The notes beneath the pieces were generated by a model. It ran no database searches. It was not told the origin of the DNA and was given only the letters and a program-made list of their open reading frames with translations. Of a DNA stretch of 64,000 bases, positions 1-12,067 are shown piece after piece. Each line of letters begins with the position of its first letter. Position 1 is the first letter of the stretch. A program made the translations under genes and the position numbers. Origin of the DNA: Rhizophagus irregularis (Eukaryota); the NCBI RefSeq assembly GCF_026210795.1, contig NC_089429.1, positions 5,580,001 to 5,644,000 of the forward strand, read 5' to 3'.

Positions 1-723
1 CGGTTAAATTATCTATTGAAAATTATATTAAATACAATAGTTTTATTGTTAGTATTATGTGTCTTCAAGAAAGACCGATATCATCTCATTTTGTTAAACT
101 ATTTTTACAGTGTTAATTGCTATTTTAGCTCAAATACATTAAAGTTAGACATGCAATAATTAAAAGAGTAATTAAAATGAAAAAGGTGTTTAATTATTAG
201 AATTTTTAACACTATAGTAACTATAGTAATGGTAAGTGTATACTACATTGCTTATTTTTATCTCAATTGCTAATCCCCGATTTTGTGCTGTAGATTCGAA
301 ATCACTTAATCTCGGTGAAGTTCTCTTACGGGGAATATTAAATTATATAGTCTGTGCGGGTGGGAAAATTTGTAGATATGGGTGGGATAATTTATTTCGG
401 AAATCTGGTGTTTATAGATGTGAAAGTCTCGTAATTAGCGATATAGATAGAAACAAATTAACTGTAGAAATTATATGTAGAGCAAAGAAATAACTTGATG
501 CTGGGACTCGCATTAAATGGCCAAGGATCCGCGTACTCCCTCCCTCTTTGATAGCATCATACATTTCTAGCATATTTCACTTCGAAAAATTAACTGATAG
601 ACGTGTGCTTTATTTCGTAAAATAATTTGTGTAACGTAATACTTGAGTAAAGTGTGCACATGTGTGGATTTATTAATCTATCGGTATTTGCGTTCTTACC
701 CAAAAAATCAAAAGAACGAACGA

Positions 724-3420
724 ATGACAACAATGGCGACCAGCTATCCATATGGTTTTGATGGTAAGTACTTCTGAAGCGAAAAGACGCGACTCCCTAT
801 ATATACTCACTAGTGTAACTTTAGTCCTTAAGTCGTACTTCCAACGGGTATCATAAAACAACCACGTACCAATTTATCGGAATTTGTTAGCTTGAACATT
901 GATTTCATAGCTAGATCAAGTCCAAAAACAAATGAGAATCTGAATGGCACGTGGAATAAGCGTTTTGTCACGGCTGCGGAAATATTGAAAATTAAGGCAA
1001 GTATTCTATCTTAAACCCTCTTTTTCGTTTTTTAGGGAACTCGCGTTAAGTTTCGCCCTGATTGCGAGTAGAGGTGTCGTCTCTCTCCCTAGTGATAATG
1101 TCGAAGCTTCAGTTAAGTTTCGCCCTGACTGCGAGTATTGGTGTCGTCCTCATTCCACATTATTGCGAATCTTGCAAGCCGACTCGATAAGCTATTCATT
1201 AGAAAGCATAGAGTAATTATTTTTTTATTTGAAATGTTAGGTAGTTGTAGATGAGCCCGATTGGTCTCGTATCTTCGAAGAAAGATTTAAAGTAAGCTAC
1301 AGAATTCTTTGTGCTTTTACTTTGATCAATTCTATTGATATTTAAATATACCATGCATCAACACATGACAGATGCAGATTTCAAATAGTCGTCGCGAAAA
1401 AACATATACGATGTATTCAAACGAGAATGAACATGTCGGGGAGCAACTGTTAGAAGACCAGAGAAAACGAACCAGAGACGAACCTATAATTTCGGATACG
1501 AAAAAAGCAAGTATAGTTTACACACGTTATGTGAACTCTTTACAGATATGACTCATATCATTTTTTTGTAATACGATACAGGCCAAACCGTTTAACGTTT
1601 CCTTTGATGAATATGTTGACTCCTATGAAAATGATAGAATTGAAATTTTCGATTATCCTGAAATTCTCGACGTGGAACCTTTGTCAGGCTGGGAATTCGA
1701 TACACCGATGCCAAGCTGGTTAAAAAAAGCGATGGATCGACACAAAACATTAATAACCACGTAGACAGATCCTTCAGAAAGATTCGAACTAGCAAAACAG
1801 TAAGTGCTTAATGAATACTTTTCCTTTTATTTGTGCAGGTCCTAATCAATTTCGTTATTTAGATCAATCTGGTGGTGAATCATAGACGCATCAGATCCGA
1901 AAATTGAACAGGATTTCATATCCGAAGAAGAATTTTCAGAACTTAATGCCATACCATGCCATACTTTCAAATGTTCTTAGTATTGGTGATCGGACAGTGT
2001 TAGAGCCTGTCGCTGAAAGATGTTTGCAATCTCTTGCCAAGGTACTGTGGTTTTGACATTGAAGCATCTTGATCTTATATGATAATCTTAATTAGCATAA
2101 TTTCGTTTCTAGCTGAATAATGAACAGATCCGTATGATAGGTGAAATGGTTAAGTATGAAGGAATACATGGGGCAGTTTGTAAACTTCGGAAAATAATCC
2201 AAAATATCGAAGAATTGAACTTAGAAGTACCTGATTTGTTTGATGACGAACTCACAAATAATAAAACACTGTCATTCGTTCTTGAATAGAATGACTATCT
2301 TGATAAAGAGGTGGGATACATCTTAGAATTGGTTCGTTACACGTAAGTTTATTTGTTAAATTTCAGCTTGGATACATACAGCTTCTAATACTTCACTTCT
2401 TTACAATCAGGTGTGAAATGTTAGGCAAAGGAATTCCGCAACGAAAAAACTCCGAAAATGACATAGATATGTTCATCAAAAGACACATTTTCGCTTGTTT
2501 CGACGATATTTTAGATACACATTTGTATGTTTTATTATATCCCCAAGTACTTTTCATTATTGATAATACTGATTATTTTTCATATAAGTGGAGAGATGGT
2601 TTTTAGGTCATCTCGAGATCGACGAAGTGAAGCAACAGATGCCCCGATAAAGTTGAAGGGTTTCACCCAGACTTGTTGTTTACGGTATAATTTTTATGAA
2701 GTTTTCATATTTTTTGTTTTATTACTAACAGATTCCTACATATAGAGACCTGATCTTGGAAAAGATATATCATATGGCCGATTCTCTCTATGTGAGCGTG
2801 CAGGCTCTAAAGTAAATAACGATACCAAGAATTTTTCGGTCATTCTTAAGGTTTTAAAAACACTCAGAGACATGCACAGAAGCTTAGTCAAAGCAATTGC
2901 TATCGAAAGTGGAGGAGCACTTTCAAAACAAGTTTTAAATGCTTGTATTAATTATGCCTGGTTTCGCATCATCGTGGTTCTACCTTCGTGCTGTCCTTAT
3001 ATATATGTAGGAGGCGGATTCTACGCATCATTTGAATTGGAAAAGTTTGATATCCCTACTTCGTATGATGAAATTTGGAAGCCAACCAAAATTGCACGCA
3101 TTATGTTGCAAAGTAATCCCATCCAAATTCAGACTTAAAATTTACACTCACTTTCTTTATCTTATGACATGCAGAAATTGTTGTGTTCCACAGTTTCTCA
3201 ATTCAAGCGCATTATAGAAAGAGACGAGAAAGAAAAATTCCTTCCCAGAAAAGTAACAATCATTAAGGCAAAAGAGTCCCGTACACCTAATAAACCAAAA
3301 AAAAAGCGAAAAAACCAAAGTCTGAAGTATGATGTCTTGATGATTATTACATATGATGACTTGTTGAAAAGCGTTTATGGAATAATTTCTACTGTAGTTT
3401 ATAAGTATTATTGTACATAG
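724..3420 (+). pseudogene. Multi-exon Glomeromycota protein with C-terminal PD-(D/E)XK (Crinkler REase-like) domain, frameshifted
   Basis: GT/GC-AG introns link exons reading ...NLSEFVSLNIDFIARSSP..GTWNKRF, ENDIDMFIKRHIFACFDD, GEMVFRSSRDRR, VEGFHPDLLFT/RPDLGKDISYGRFSLCERAGSK, LKTLRDMHRSL, YVGGGFYASFELEKFDIP. Frameshifts near 850, 2643 and 2950-3000. Family assignment is from recalled motif resemblance. Confidence 0.6.
1045..1148. repeat. Two ~37-bp direct repeats, 67 bp apart
   Basis: gttaagtttcgccctgattgcgagtagaggtgtcgtc (1045) vs gttaagtttcgccctgactgcgagtattggtgtcgtc (1112). Confidence 0.85.
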
Positions 3421-3779
3421 CTTATAATAATCTAATTTAATAAAAGTATTTGTTTTGCTCACATCGGAATATATAAAGTTTATGGTTGAATAATAAGAAT
3501 AGAAGCAAAAGACACATGCGATCCAATCGATCAATAAAGTTTATTGACTCAGCATCATCTTTCAAAATCACAGAAAGAGAGAAGTAAAATACTATCTGTT
3601 GTATTTGTGATAAACATTTTATTCGCCCTTGTAATAGTAAGAGTGAAAGGTGTACCAAACCGCTTATTGCAAAAGAGTTGTCAAAATGTAGAAAGACTAA
3701 GAAGACTTTAGGAGAATTGTGCAAGATTGCAATGAAAAACACCTGATTTTTTTAATTAGAATGTGACACATATACATTG

Positions 3780-4145
3780 ACGTCACGTTGTATTTAACCA
3801 CGAATATACGACGTGAAATTAATATTGTGAGACATGGTGATATTAAGACCGATCACTGACAAAGAGATTTTTTGATCGTATACTCGATGCCATTGCTGGA
3901 GGAACCGATACTGTAAGTAATCATATATTAGTGTGAATTATACATTCATATTTAAAAATTAATTTTAAATTCTATTACAGATAGCGAATTCGATTAGTAG
4001 TTCAGTTCATTATCCCGATATAAAACAACGATTACGAAAAGAATTAGATGAAATTTTTTACAAAACCATAATAAATAAGGATCTTGACAGACTACAATAT
4101 TGCGACGCAGTTGTCAAAAAAGTATACTGTCATACTCCTGTAGAT
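3780..4145 (+). pseudogene. Cytochrome P450 fragment (I and K helices)
   Basis: ILDAIAGGTDT, then a gtaagt..acag intron, then YPDIKQRLRKELDEIF..DLDRLQYCDAVVKKVYCHTP (degenerate ExxR). Upstream part is frameshifted. Confidence 0.75.
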
Positions 4146-5161
4146 TCTACAAATTAGCGAAGATAGAATTAAAATGTTAAAATCATCTTAAAAAATATGA
4201 TACTGAAATGGTAATATAAATGCACCATCACAGTTTGTAGTGAATTAATCAGTAAGGTTAAATCAAAGAATTATAAAACCATGATTTTTAATATACGTAC
4301 ATATAGAAAAAAAAGAAATAAAATTCACCTTATATTTTTTGTTATGCTAAAAATTTTGGCAAAAAATTCAACGTTTGAAAGTTGAATTGACTTTAAATGA
4401 CGTTAGAGTTTATTGATAAATTATTTATTTGGTATGACATGAAAAAAACCTATAGCTTATACCCGCGTAATAACATGTAAGTCGTGTATGAATGACATCA
4501 AGTACGTAATTTCTTATAAAAACATTTGTAATTCTACATAACCCTTCTATTTTATTTTCTCTTATTTATAGTACTTTGTATTTTCTCATTTTTTTTACAC
4601 CTATTTTTAAGCAAATTATAGTAATAATACAAATAGGAACTTAGAAAATTTATCTTGACAAAGAATATAAAGATAAATTTTAGATCAATTATTTTTGGAA
4701 TAATAGCGAATAAAAAAATTTTAAAATAATTATAGTGCTAAATACCAATTCTTTTTCAAACTACCAAATATGGTCAATGCTTTCTTATATGATAGAAATT
4801 AAATATATAATATTGTATAGAGCTATCCTTTCGATCTACTGAGCTTTCCTCTTGATGTAATAAAGTAGATATTAGGAGTTCAGTGGTTAAGAAAATCCTT
4901 TAATTGAGAAAATTTATGATTAAGTTGAAGTCTCCTTTTATTTATGCTTTACCAGAACTAGTTGTAAGCTTTTTTATTAGTTCATAAGATATTTCTATTA
5001 ATTTCTCATCACATAATAGATTGTAAGATATATTATTTAGACTACACAATTATCTTAAATGATTTATTTAAGAATTTTATTGGACATGCTATACTTATCA
5101 GATTTTGCAATAGGGAATTTAATCTACGATATATTGTGCTGAAGTTTAATAAAAGAGGATA

Positions 5162-5990
5162 TGTTGTGCATCATGTGTCGATTTGCGTCAGTGTAGATTG
5201 ATACCTGATGCGCGTCACCTGAATCGTCTTCCATAGTAAACATTTTCTTTATTAATGAAATTACTTTTTATTCTATAAGTAAGTTTGTTTATCACAATTT
5301 ATATCACGTTTCTTAATAGTCGTATTTTATGAAAAGGATGAAAAGGGTAAAATTCAAAGGATAAGTAAGAAGTCTATCAATAGTTAAAAAATTGTATACA
5401 AGACGTTAGCCTTCGTGATATAAACCAGTTATTTCACGTATCACTCGTATCAGCCTAAGGATGGTAAATGGTCTTTTTTTAGACTTATCCAGTCCTGACA
5501 GTTTTTAAAAGTTTTTTGAAAAGTAATAAAGCTACACACCCAAATTTTTATTATGTTACAGAATTAGTTAAAGACCAAAATGTGGCAAAATTTGGGTTTA
5601 ATTCAATCAGCCAATTTAGAATTAAATAGGGTTTCATAGGTTTTTATGACAAAAGTCCTAAGACTGCAGTCTTTAAGCTAATTTGATCTCTGCTGGTCTT
5701 AAAAAAATTAAGATAAAGGCCAAATTTTGCCACTTTTTGGTTTTTAGCCAATTCTGCTATATTACAAAAAATTGAGTGTGTAGTCTTGTTACTTTTCTGT
5801 AAAATTTTCAAAGACTGAAAAAGACCAAAAGACCATTTTCCATCTTTATTAATCAGCCTCGATAACTATTACAGATTTAACGTTTAATTAGAACTTAATT
5901 TTATGTGACAAGTGACGCGCGTCAGTTATCAATCACATCTGACGCTACATCAGCTGCCACCTGACGCAAATCGATACTTGAGGCGCAACG
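5162..5990. mobile_element. Old foldback/MITE (outer inverted repeat)
   Basis: 5162-5221 tgttgtgcatcatgtgtcgatttgcgtcag..gattgatacctgatgcgcgtcacctg matches the reverse complement of 5909-5990. Confidence 0.65.
5456..5848. mobile_element. hAT-like MITE with ~140-bp imperfect TIRs
   Basis: Termini TAAGGATGG..CCATCTTTA; long inverted arms; ATCAGCC on both flanks (approximate TSD). Confidence 0.75.
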
Positions 5991-6262
5991 TTTATATATA
6001 TTTGTTCAATTGAAATTGATAGAATTGAAAGAATAATTAAATTATTTATAATCTTACAAACATTTGTGTTTCTAATTAATTAAATTATCAAATGTTTTCC
6101 AACCCATCAATTATTACCTGCTCGATTTCTAAGAACTCAACGTAATAAGTCGACTTTATTTGTAATTTTCAATGTTACAACAATATCGTTAGTTGTTTTA
6201 CTTATGAAATTCAAAATTTACGTTTAAGATAATATCACTATATACTTGCTTGGTATTTAAAA

Positions 6263-7944
6263 TCATTTTTTATAGCTTGTTGATCCTTTTTCCGAGTAAG
6301 CGTTATCATTAAAATCATCATCATGATTATCTTCTTCATTTAAAATCTCTACGCCTTCAAGATCATTATATTGTTCTTGTAGTTTTAGATATCTATTACG
6401 TGTGGTTCTTAATTTTTCTAAATAATAAGCATCAAGATAATACTCTTTTAATAAATGCTCTAATACAGCTACTCTATCTTCTATTTTAGCACCTTGTGGC
6501 ATTTCACGTGGATCTTCCGCTAAAGGAATTCCTGCGTGAGAAACATATCTACTTGCTAAGTGTTTTTTAAAACTCCGACGAATCGGCCAACAGCATAACA
6601 ATGAAGTTTGGCAAATCCCCCTTAAAAATAAATGAGCGTTAATAAAAATATTTTATCATCATCATTAATAATTTAATCCAAAATGTACGTGCATATTACC
6701 ATGGAGAAAGTTTTGGTGCGCCAAATAATAAAATAAATATTCCACTTACAGCGCTATAGAAACCACCAAGATTTGAAATAAGTTTACCAACTAGAAAAAA
6801 AAATTGTATTAAAATTAATTAAAATAATATTTTAAATCAATTAATCAGCTTACCAGTAATTTGATATCTCTCCTCTTCATCTCTTATGTAAGAAGATTTG
6901 TATCTTAATTCCAGCACTGTAAAAGAAGTATTTTGCATTGAAGCAAGCGTCTCTTCATTAATTTCAATATGTGTTGCTTCCTCATTCGCCTTGAAACCAA
7001 ATATCCCGTAAAAAGGTGAAGAATAGTACATTTGTCTTTTGATAGCAAATTCATAAATAACATATTGTCCTCGAACAATAAAATGTTGGTTAGGAATAAA
7101 TGACAGATTTCCTTCATCCTCAAAAGGCTTACCGAATAAACTTGGTAATGTTGTAGTGGTATTAATTGAATTAAAATTAATTTCAAAATAATCATAATTT
7201 GATGAATTATCCAAAGTAATAATAAAAAGCAATCCTCCATGCAAATATCTTGAGCTGACGGTTATACCTCCGACAGATATTTGAGAATTAAATATCCTAC
7301 AACGGTTATCTTTATCAAAAAACTTGTCATTTTCAGGATTGTTGTGTAAATCATATGTCATGTTAGGGTTATATGGATGGAGTGAATCTGTAAAATTAAT
7401 TAAAAAAAGTTAATAATCAAATCATATTATAAAATACTCAGAAAAAAGAAACTAAATTTCTTACTTTCATTTAAACCATTATCAAAAAATAATGTTGAAT
7501 TTAATTCATCACGATATAGATAATGTAATGATATTTCTAATGAATCATTATCATCGTAACTATCTATTTTATGAAGTTAATGTACGTGTTTTCTTTGAAA
7601 TTCTTAAGAATATTACACACATTGTTAAATTCTTACTTGAAGTATTTGGGCAAATTCTGAATCCTATTAAAAAAATGGTCAATTAGAATTATATATATAT
7701 TTTTTTATATTTAAAAGTAGTAGATACCTGGATATGTAAATCCTATAAGATTATAGTCTTTATCATAACTATTAACTCCTTCACTAAAGTACACGTCCGG
7801 TTTATAAATATTGGAAACGAATTCTACAACTGAAATCCACGTATAGAAACAAAGTCCAAATGTAAGAGCAATAACGCTCAACAATCGCAGTATGTTGAAA
7901 ATTTTGGGCTCTGTACTTCGAAAACTTAGAAAAGATCGAAACAT
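6263..7944 (-). CDS. Two-TM protein with large extracellular loop, DEG/ENaC-like motifs (441 aa, 6 exons)
   Basis: Exons 7944-7728, 7663-7637, 7563-7465, 7387-6854, 6790-6700, 6620-6263. All introns are GT-AG and the frame is open (1326 nt). Motifs: TM1, YPGFRICPN, CRIFNS, GLLFII, VLELRYKSSYIRDEEERYQITVGKLISNLGGFY, TM2. Confidence 0.85.
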
Positions 7945-9538
7945 TTTTTAAAGGGAAATAATAGTTAATTAATAACTGCTGAAAGCAAAGCGAGAAAACT
8001 ACATAATAGCAAACTCTTTATATCATTTAATTGTCTGAGAAGCTTTAACCGGTTAATTAACCAGTTAAAAATTCGGGCTATTGTATTTTTTTAATTTCAA
8101 TCCAAGAACTTGCATTGACATGTTGGCGAGTAGTAACTGTTATTAATTTAACCGAGTGTAGTCTGTGTTTGTAGTTAGCCGCAAACCGTAGCCGCATTCC
8201 TGATTTGGATCCGGTTTAATCGCGGAAATTTCACCGATCAGACGCAATCTAAAAGCCAACTACGTTTAATCATGTGACTTCAAATAAACAATGAAAATTA
8301 TTTGGCGAGTTGCTTATTTTAGCTAGGTTAACTGATTTGCTAGGTCCTATAATCAATTTACTTTGTTCCTTATCGGACGGGTTAGGGTTCAAATTGGTTC
8401 TTCTCAAACACAAGTGAGGGCCCGATTTTGATCTTTGATCATTTTTGGGTGGTAAAATGGTAATTTCCTTCTATAGCGCTTCATTCTTTTCTTTTGAATT
8501 GTAACAGCCTCGATAGGCAATTTCCTGCTTGACATAAAATAAATAAATAAATAAATAAAATAAATTTTAGCTAGGTTAACGTAACGTATTAAAATTTATA
8601 AATTACGATCCGAACACAGATAACGGCGTCATGGCTAAGTCCGGATTAATCCGTCAGATAATCCGTTATCGTTGAGCCACTTGATTTTAAATTGCCGGCC
8701 GATGTTCCGCCAACACTATGATTAACTTCAGGTACCCGGATATCGTTCAATTTAATTCAATTTGGATATACGGATAGTATTATAGTATAATTTAATCCAA
8801 TAAGGATGTCGGCTAAATTTGTGTTTTCAATATGACGGATTACCTACGGCTATCCGGATCGCATCTCTAGAATTAGCCTCAAACCGTATCTCACAGAACA
8901 GGAATGCGGTACGCCACCACTTTTTTACCAAATATTCAAATAAATTAAAAAAAAAAAGATTTATTAGCAGTTAATAATTGAGTATTGTCAAAATTTTCTG
9001 TAAAAATATAGAAATTGAATTTCTGTGTATAAATATATAAATTTTATTTGCTATTTATTAAGTTTGGAATGAATTTGGCGGTTCATAATGCAGCGATTTT
9101 TTTAACGCATATTATGTGCATTAATAAATCACATGAGGATTAAATTCTGAACAATAAATTTCTTGCTTCCACGTGAGTTAGTTATAAACCGAGAATTCGA
9201 CATACTGTATTTCATGTTATTTGCCATGTTTCTCTATATAAAAAATAAATAAATAGCATATTCATGGAATTTACACCTTGAAAAAAAAATAATTTTCCCT
9301 AGATTCACGGATGCTCGGATAAGATTTTTTTAGAGGGTTGCGGACTTTGAAAAGCCACAGCTAATGAATCTTGGAAGGGAGGAAACTGCTAGGAAAAATT
9401 TTTTTTGAGGTAAACTATATTTGGAAAAGAAAATTAATCTGTATTAACTGGTTAATAATTTTTTTTCATTTTCTATTAAATGCGTTCAGCAATCAGCAGT
9501 AATGCCTTTTTCTTTCATTGCTTTATAATATCATAAAT

Positions 9539-11026
9539 ATGATGCAAAAAATTTCTCGCTGTTTTAATATATTTAAGCAGTATTTAAGCATAAGTTTAAA
9601 AGAGAGTTTATTATGTTTTATTATTATCGTAAATTCTCTAGTTATCCTGATAGGAAACATTCACGTTTCGCTCATATTACATGATGAAGATATAGAGAAT
9701 AATATGTTTTTTTTGTTGATATTTTCTTTATTAACAGTTTTGATGATTATATCAGGAATTGTTACAGTAATTAAAATATGTTCTTTTTATTAAATTTGTT
9801 TATTCATTAATCGTATTTTTCCTTATAGGCAACATTAAGAACTGTCAACCATATGATAATATATTTAATCATGAATATATCATGCATTATAATGTTCTTT
9901 TTACTGGGTTTTTATGAAAAGATTTATCTTGATGAGGAGTCTCCTGACCATTTGTTTTATGTGTATTATGTATCTCGTGTATATACGTATTTAAGTATGG
10001 CATTTTGTATTTGTTTTTTCATTATACTTATGAGAACTACGCTTAGAGCAAGGTGAATAAAATATTATTCGTGAATTGATTGCATCATAAAATTGTAAAA
10101 TCTAATCTCTTCATATTTTAGGTTTAAAACAAGCTGTAGTAGTGAAATTAATACGAACGATCGCGAAATTCGAAGTTTGACTTTTTTTTTTTTACATTTA
10201 CTAAAATTTTTCATACGCTTTTTTAATTGGTTTATTCATTTTTTTTTAGGAATTTACAAATGGTATTACTTGCAAAAAACTTTGTGTCATGCACAAATTA
10301 TAGTTGCTTTATTTTTACATTTTAGTTATTTGTATGCACTTATGCCAGAGGATATAGAACTGCTTTCTTTCCTCAAAATTATACCTTGGCCAAACGCCAG
10401 TTTATGCATAATTGCATTTACAATGATTAAAGGGGTAATTGATTTGAATTCTTTTCCTTGATAAAAATTTGTCATATTAATTTCTTATTTATAGGTTCGT
10501 ATGGAATCAAATCGCACTATGTTTGTTTTCTACGTTACTAACTTAATACTTTATGGATTTTATATTTATTTATTAAAAAATGAATTATTTCGAGGTAAAT
10601 ATGTATTTTTGTCGTGTTATATTTTAACATATTTCATTTGTCATTTTTGTAAGTGTATAATCATGAATAAATTATTCTCAATCATTATAATCAATTTTAT
10701 TTAAATTGATAGAAAGGAAATTTGAAACGGTTAATTATTCAATAAAACCATTTTTGATAATTCCATCTTGTATAACGTTAGTTACGATAATAAATTCAAT
10801 AATTTGTCAGAGAAATTTTGGAAAAGGATTAAAAATTTATTGTAAGTAAAAAAAAAAGTCTTTTATTTTATTTTATTATATTTTATTAAATATTTATTAT
10901 TGTATATATTATTTAGTAAATTATGAACCGAAAATTATTGAGGAATTAATTATTTATAATGATGATATTAATCAATGTTATAAGGATGATGATGTTGAAA
11001 CTGCTTCTACTGATTCTATTATTTAA
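9539..11026 (+). CDS. Multi-pass membrane protein, UPF0658-like
   Basis: About seven short hydrophobic exons with GT-AG introns. Motifs IRRIYKWYYLQKTL, IKGVRMESNRTMFVF, TIINSIICQRNFGKGLKIY. Last exon ends DSII*. Internal exon borders are approximate. Confidence 0.65.
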
Positions 11027-12067
11027 CATTAAAGTCAATAACGGTAGACAGCTTATCAACTCTTGAACTCGCTCTTTTTTTAGAGTTTGCGTTAGCGTTA
11101 GAAAAATAAATAAAATCCTTTTTTTAACTATTCTTTATGTATGTAATTTTTTTATTAATAAATATCTTTTACTAAGGATTGGGTTATCCACCTACATACG
11201 CATTATTATACTATATATACAGCTGGCTCATGAAAATCCATTTCCCGATAACTCCATTTCACCAAAAATTATTTTGGTTAGTCTTGCCTTGAAAATTCTT
11301 CGTATACGATAAATAAAATTATTTGTATGTACGGTATATGTGCAATTAGGGTTAAAAGAGAAGCAAGATTAGTTCTTGTTTCAATTAGTTTTATTATGAC
11401 ATCGTTTAACAATTGCCATATTTATTATATCAATGCTCAATGTTTTCACAATAGATCCAAATAGACAATGCCTATATTTGGCATCATATTTAATGGAATG
11501 AGAAAAATCCTATTCTATATTCACATATATCCGCCGATTTGCAGAATTGACCTTAAAATCGTATCATCCAAAAAAAATTTTAAAAGCCGTTATGGAAATG
11601 ATCAGTGAACAATACCATCAAGTGCTAGTATATTAGCGTACGCGAAATTTTCAAAAAATTGATATCTTATTGTTTAAGTCAAGTGAATACATGTTCAAAT
11701 AAAACCTTTATTTGAGTAACATCTAATGAAAGTACTTTCATGAAATGTGTTAACTATTAGTTAAGTTATTTATTATTGGTTTCTTATAGGTTATAATTTA
11801 AATAGATAAAATTACACCAATATAATAATCTATATTACTAAAAAAAATTCGTATGTAACCGTGACGTTTAGATTAACTTGTATAAATAATTTTGAATTGC
11901 GCTACTGTGATTCACCTGCGCCTGATCTATGTGTACCCATTTCGTTAAATTGATTACCTTGATAAAATGATTAAACTTTCCAAATTTATTTTAAATAACA
12001 GAAATACGTTAAAACAAATATATTACAGAATTCAGATAATATGAAAAAACAAAAGAAATTTCTCAAT

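Noticed and set aside
236..493. 85-aa ORF
   Set aside because: GTG start and no recognisable motif; probably spurious
4600..5100. Possible minus-strand transposase relic
   Set aside because: Too degenerate; no motif I can support
8600..8870. Possible hAT-like MITE ending GGATCGCATCTCTA
   Set aside because: Left terminus and TSD could not be identified with confidence
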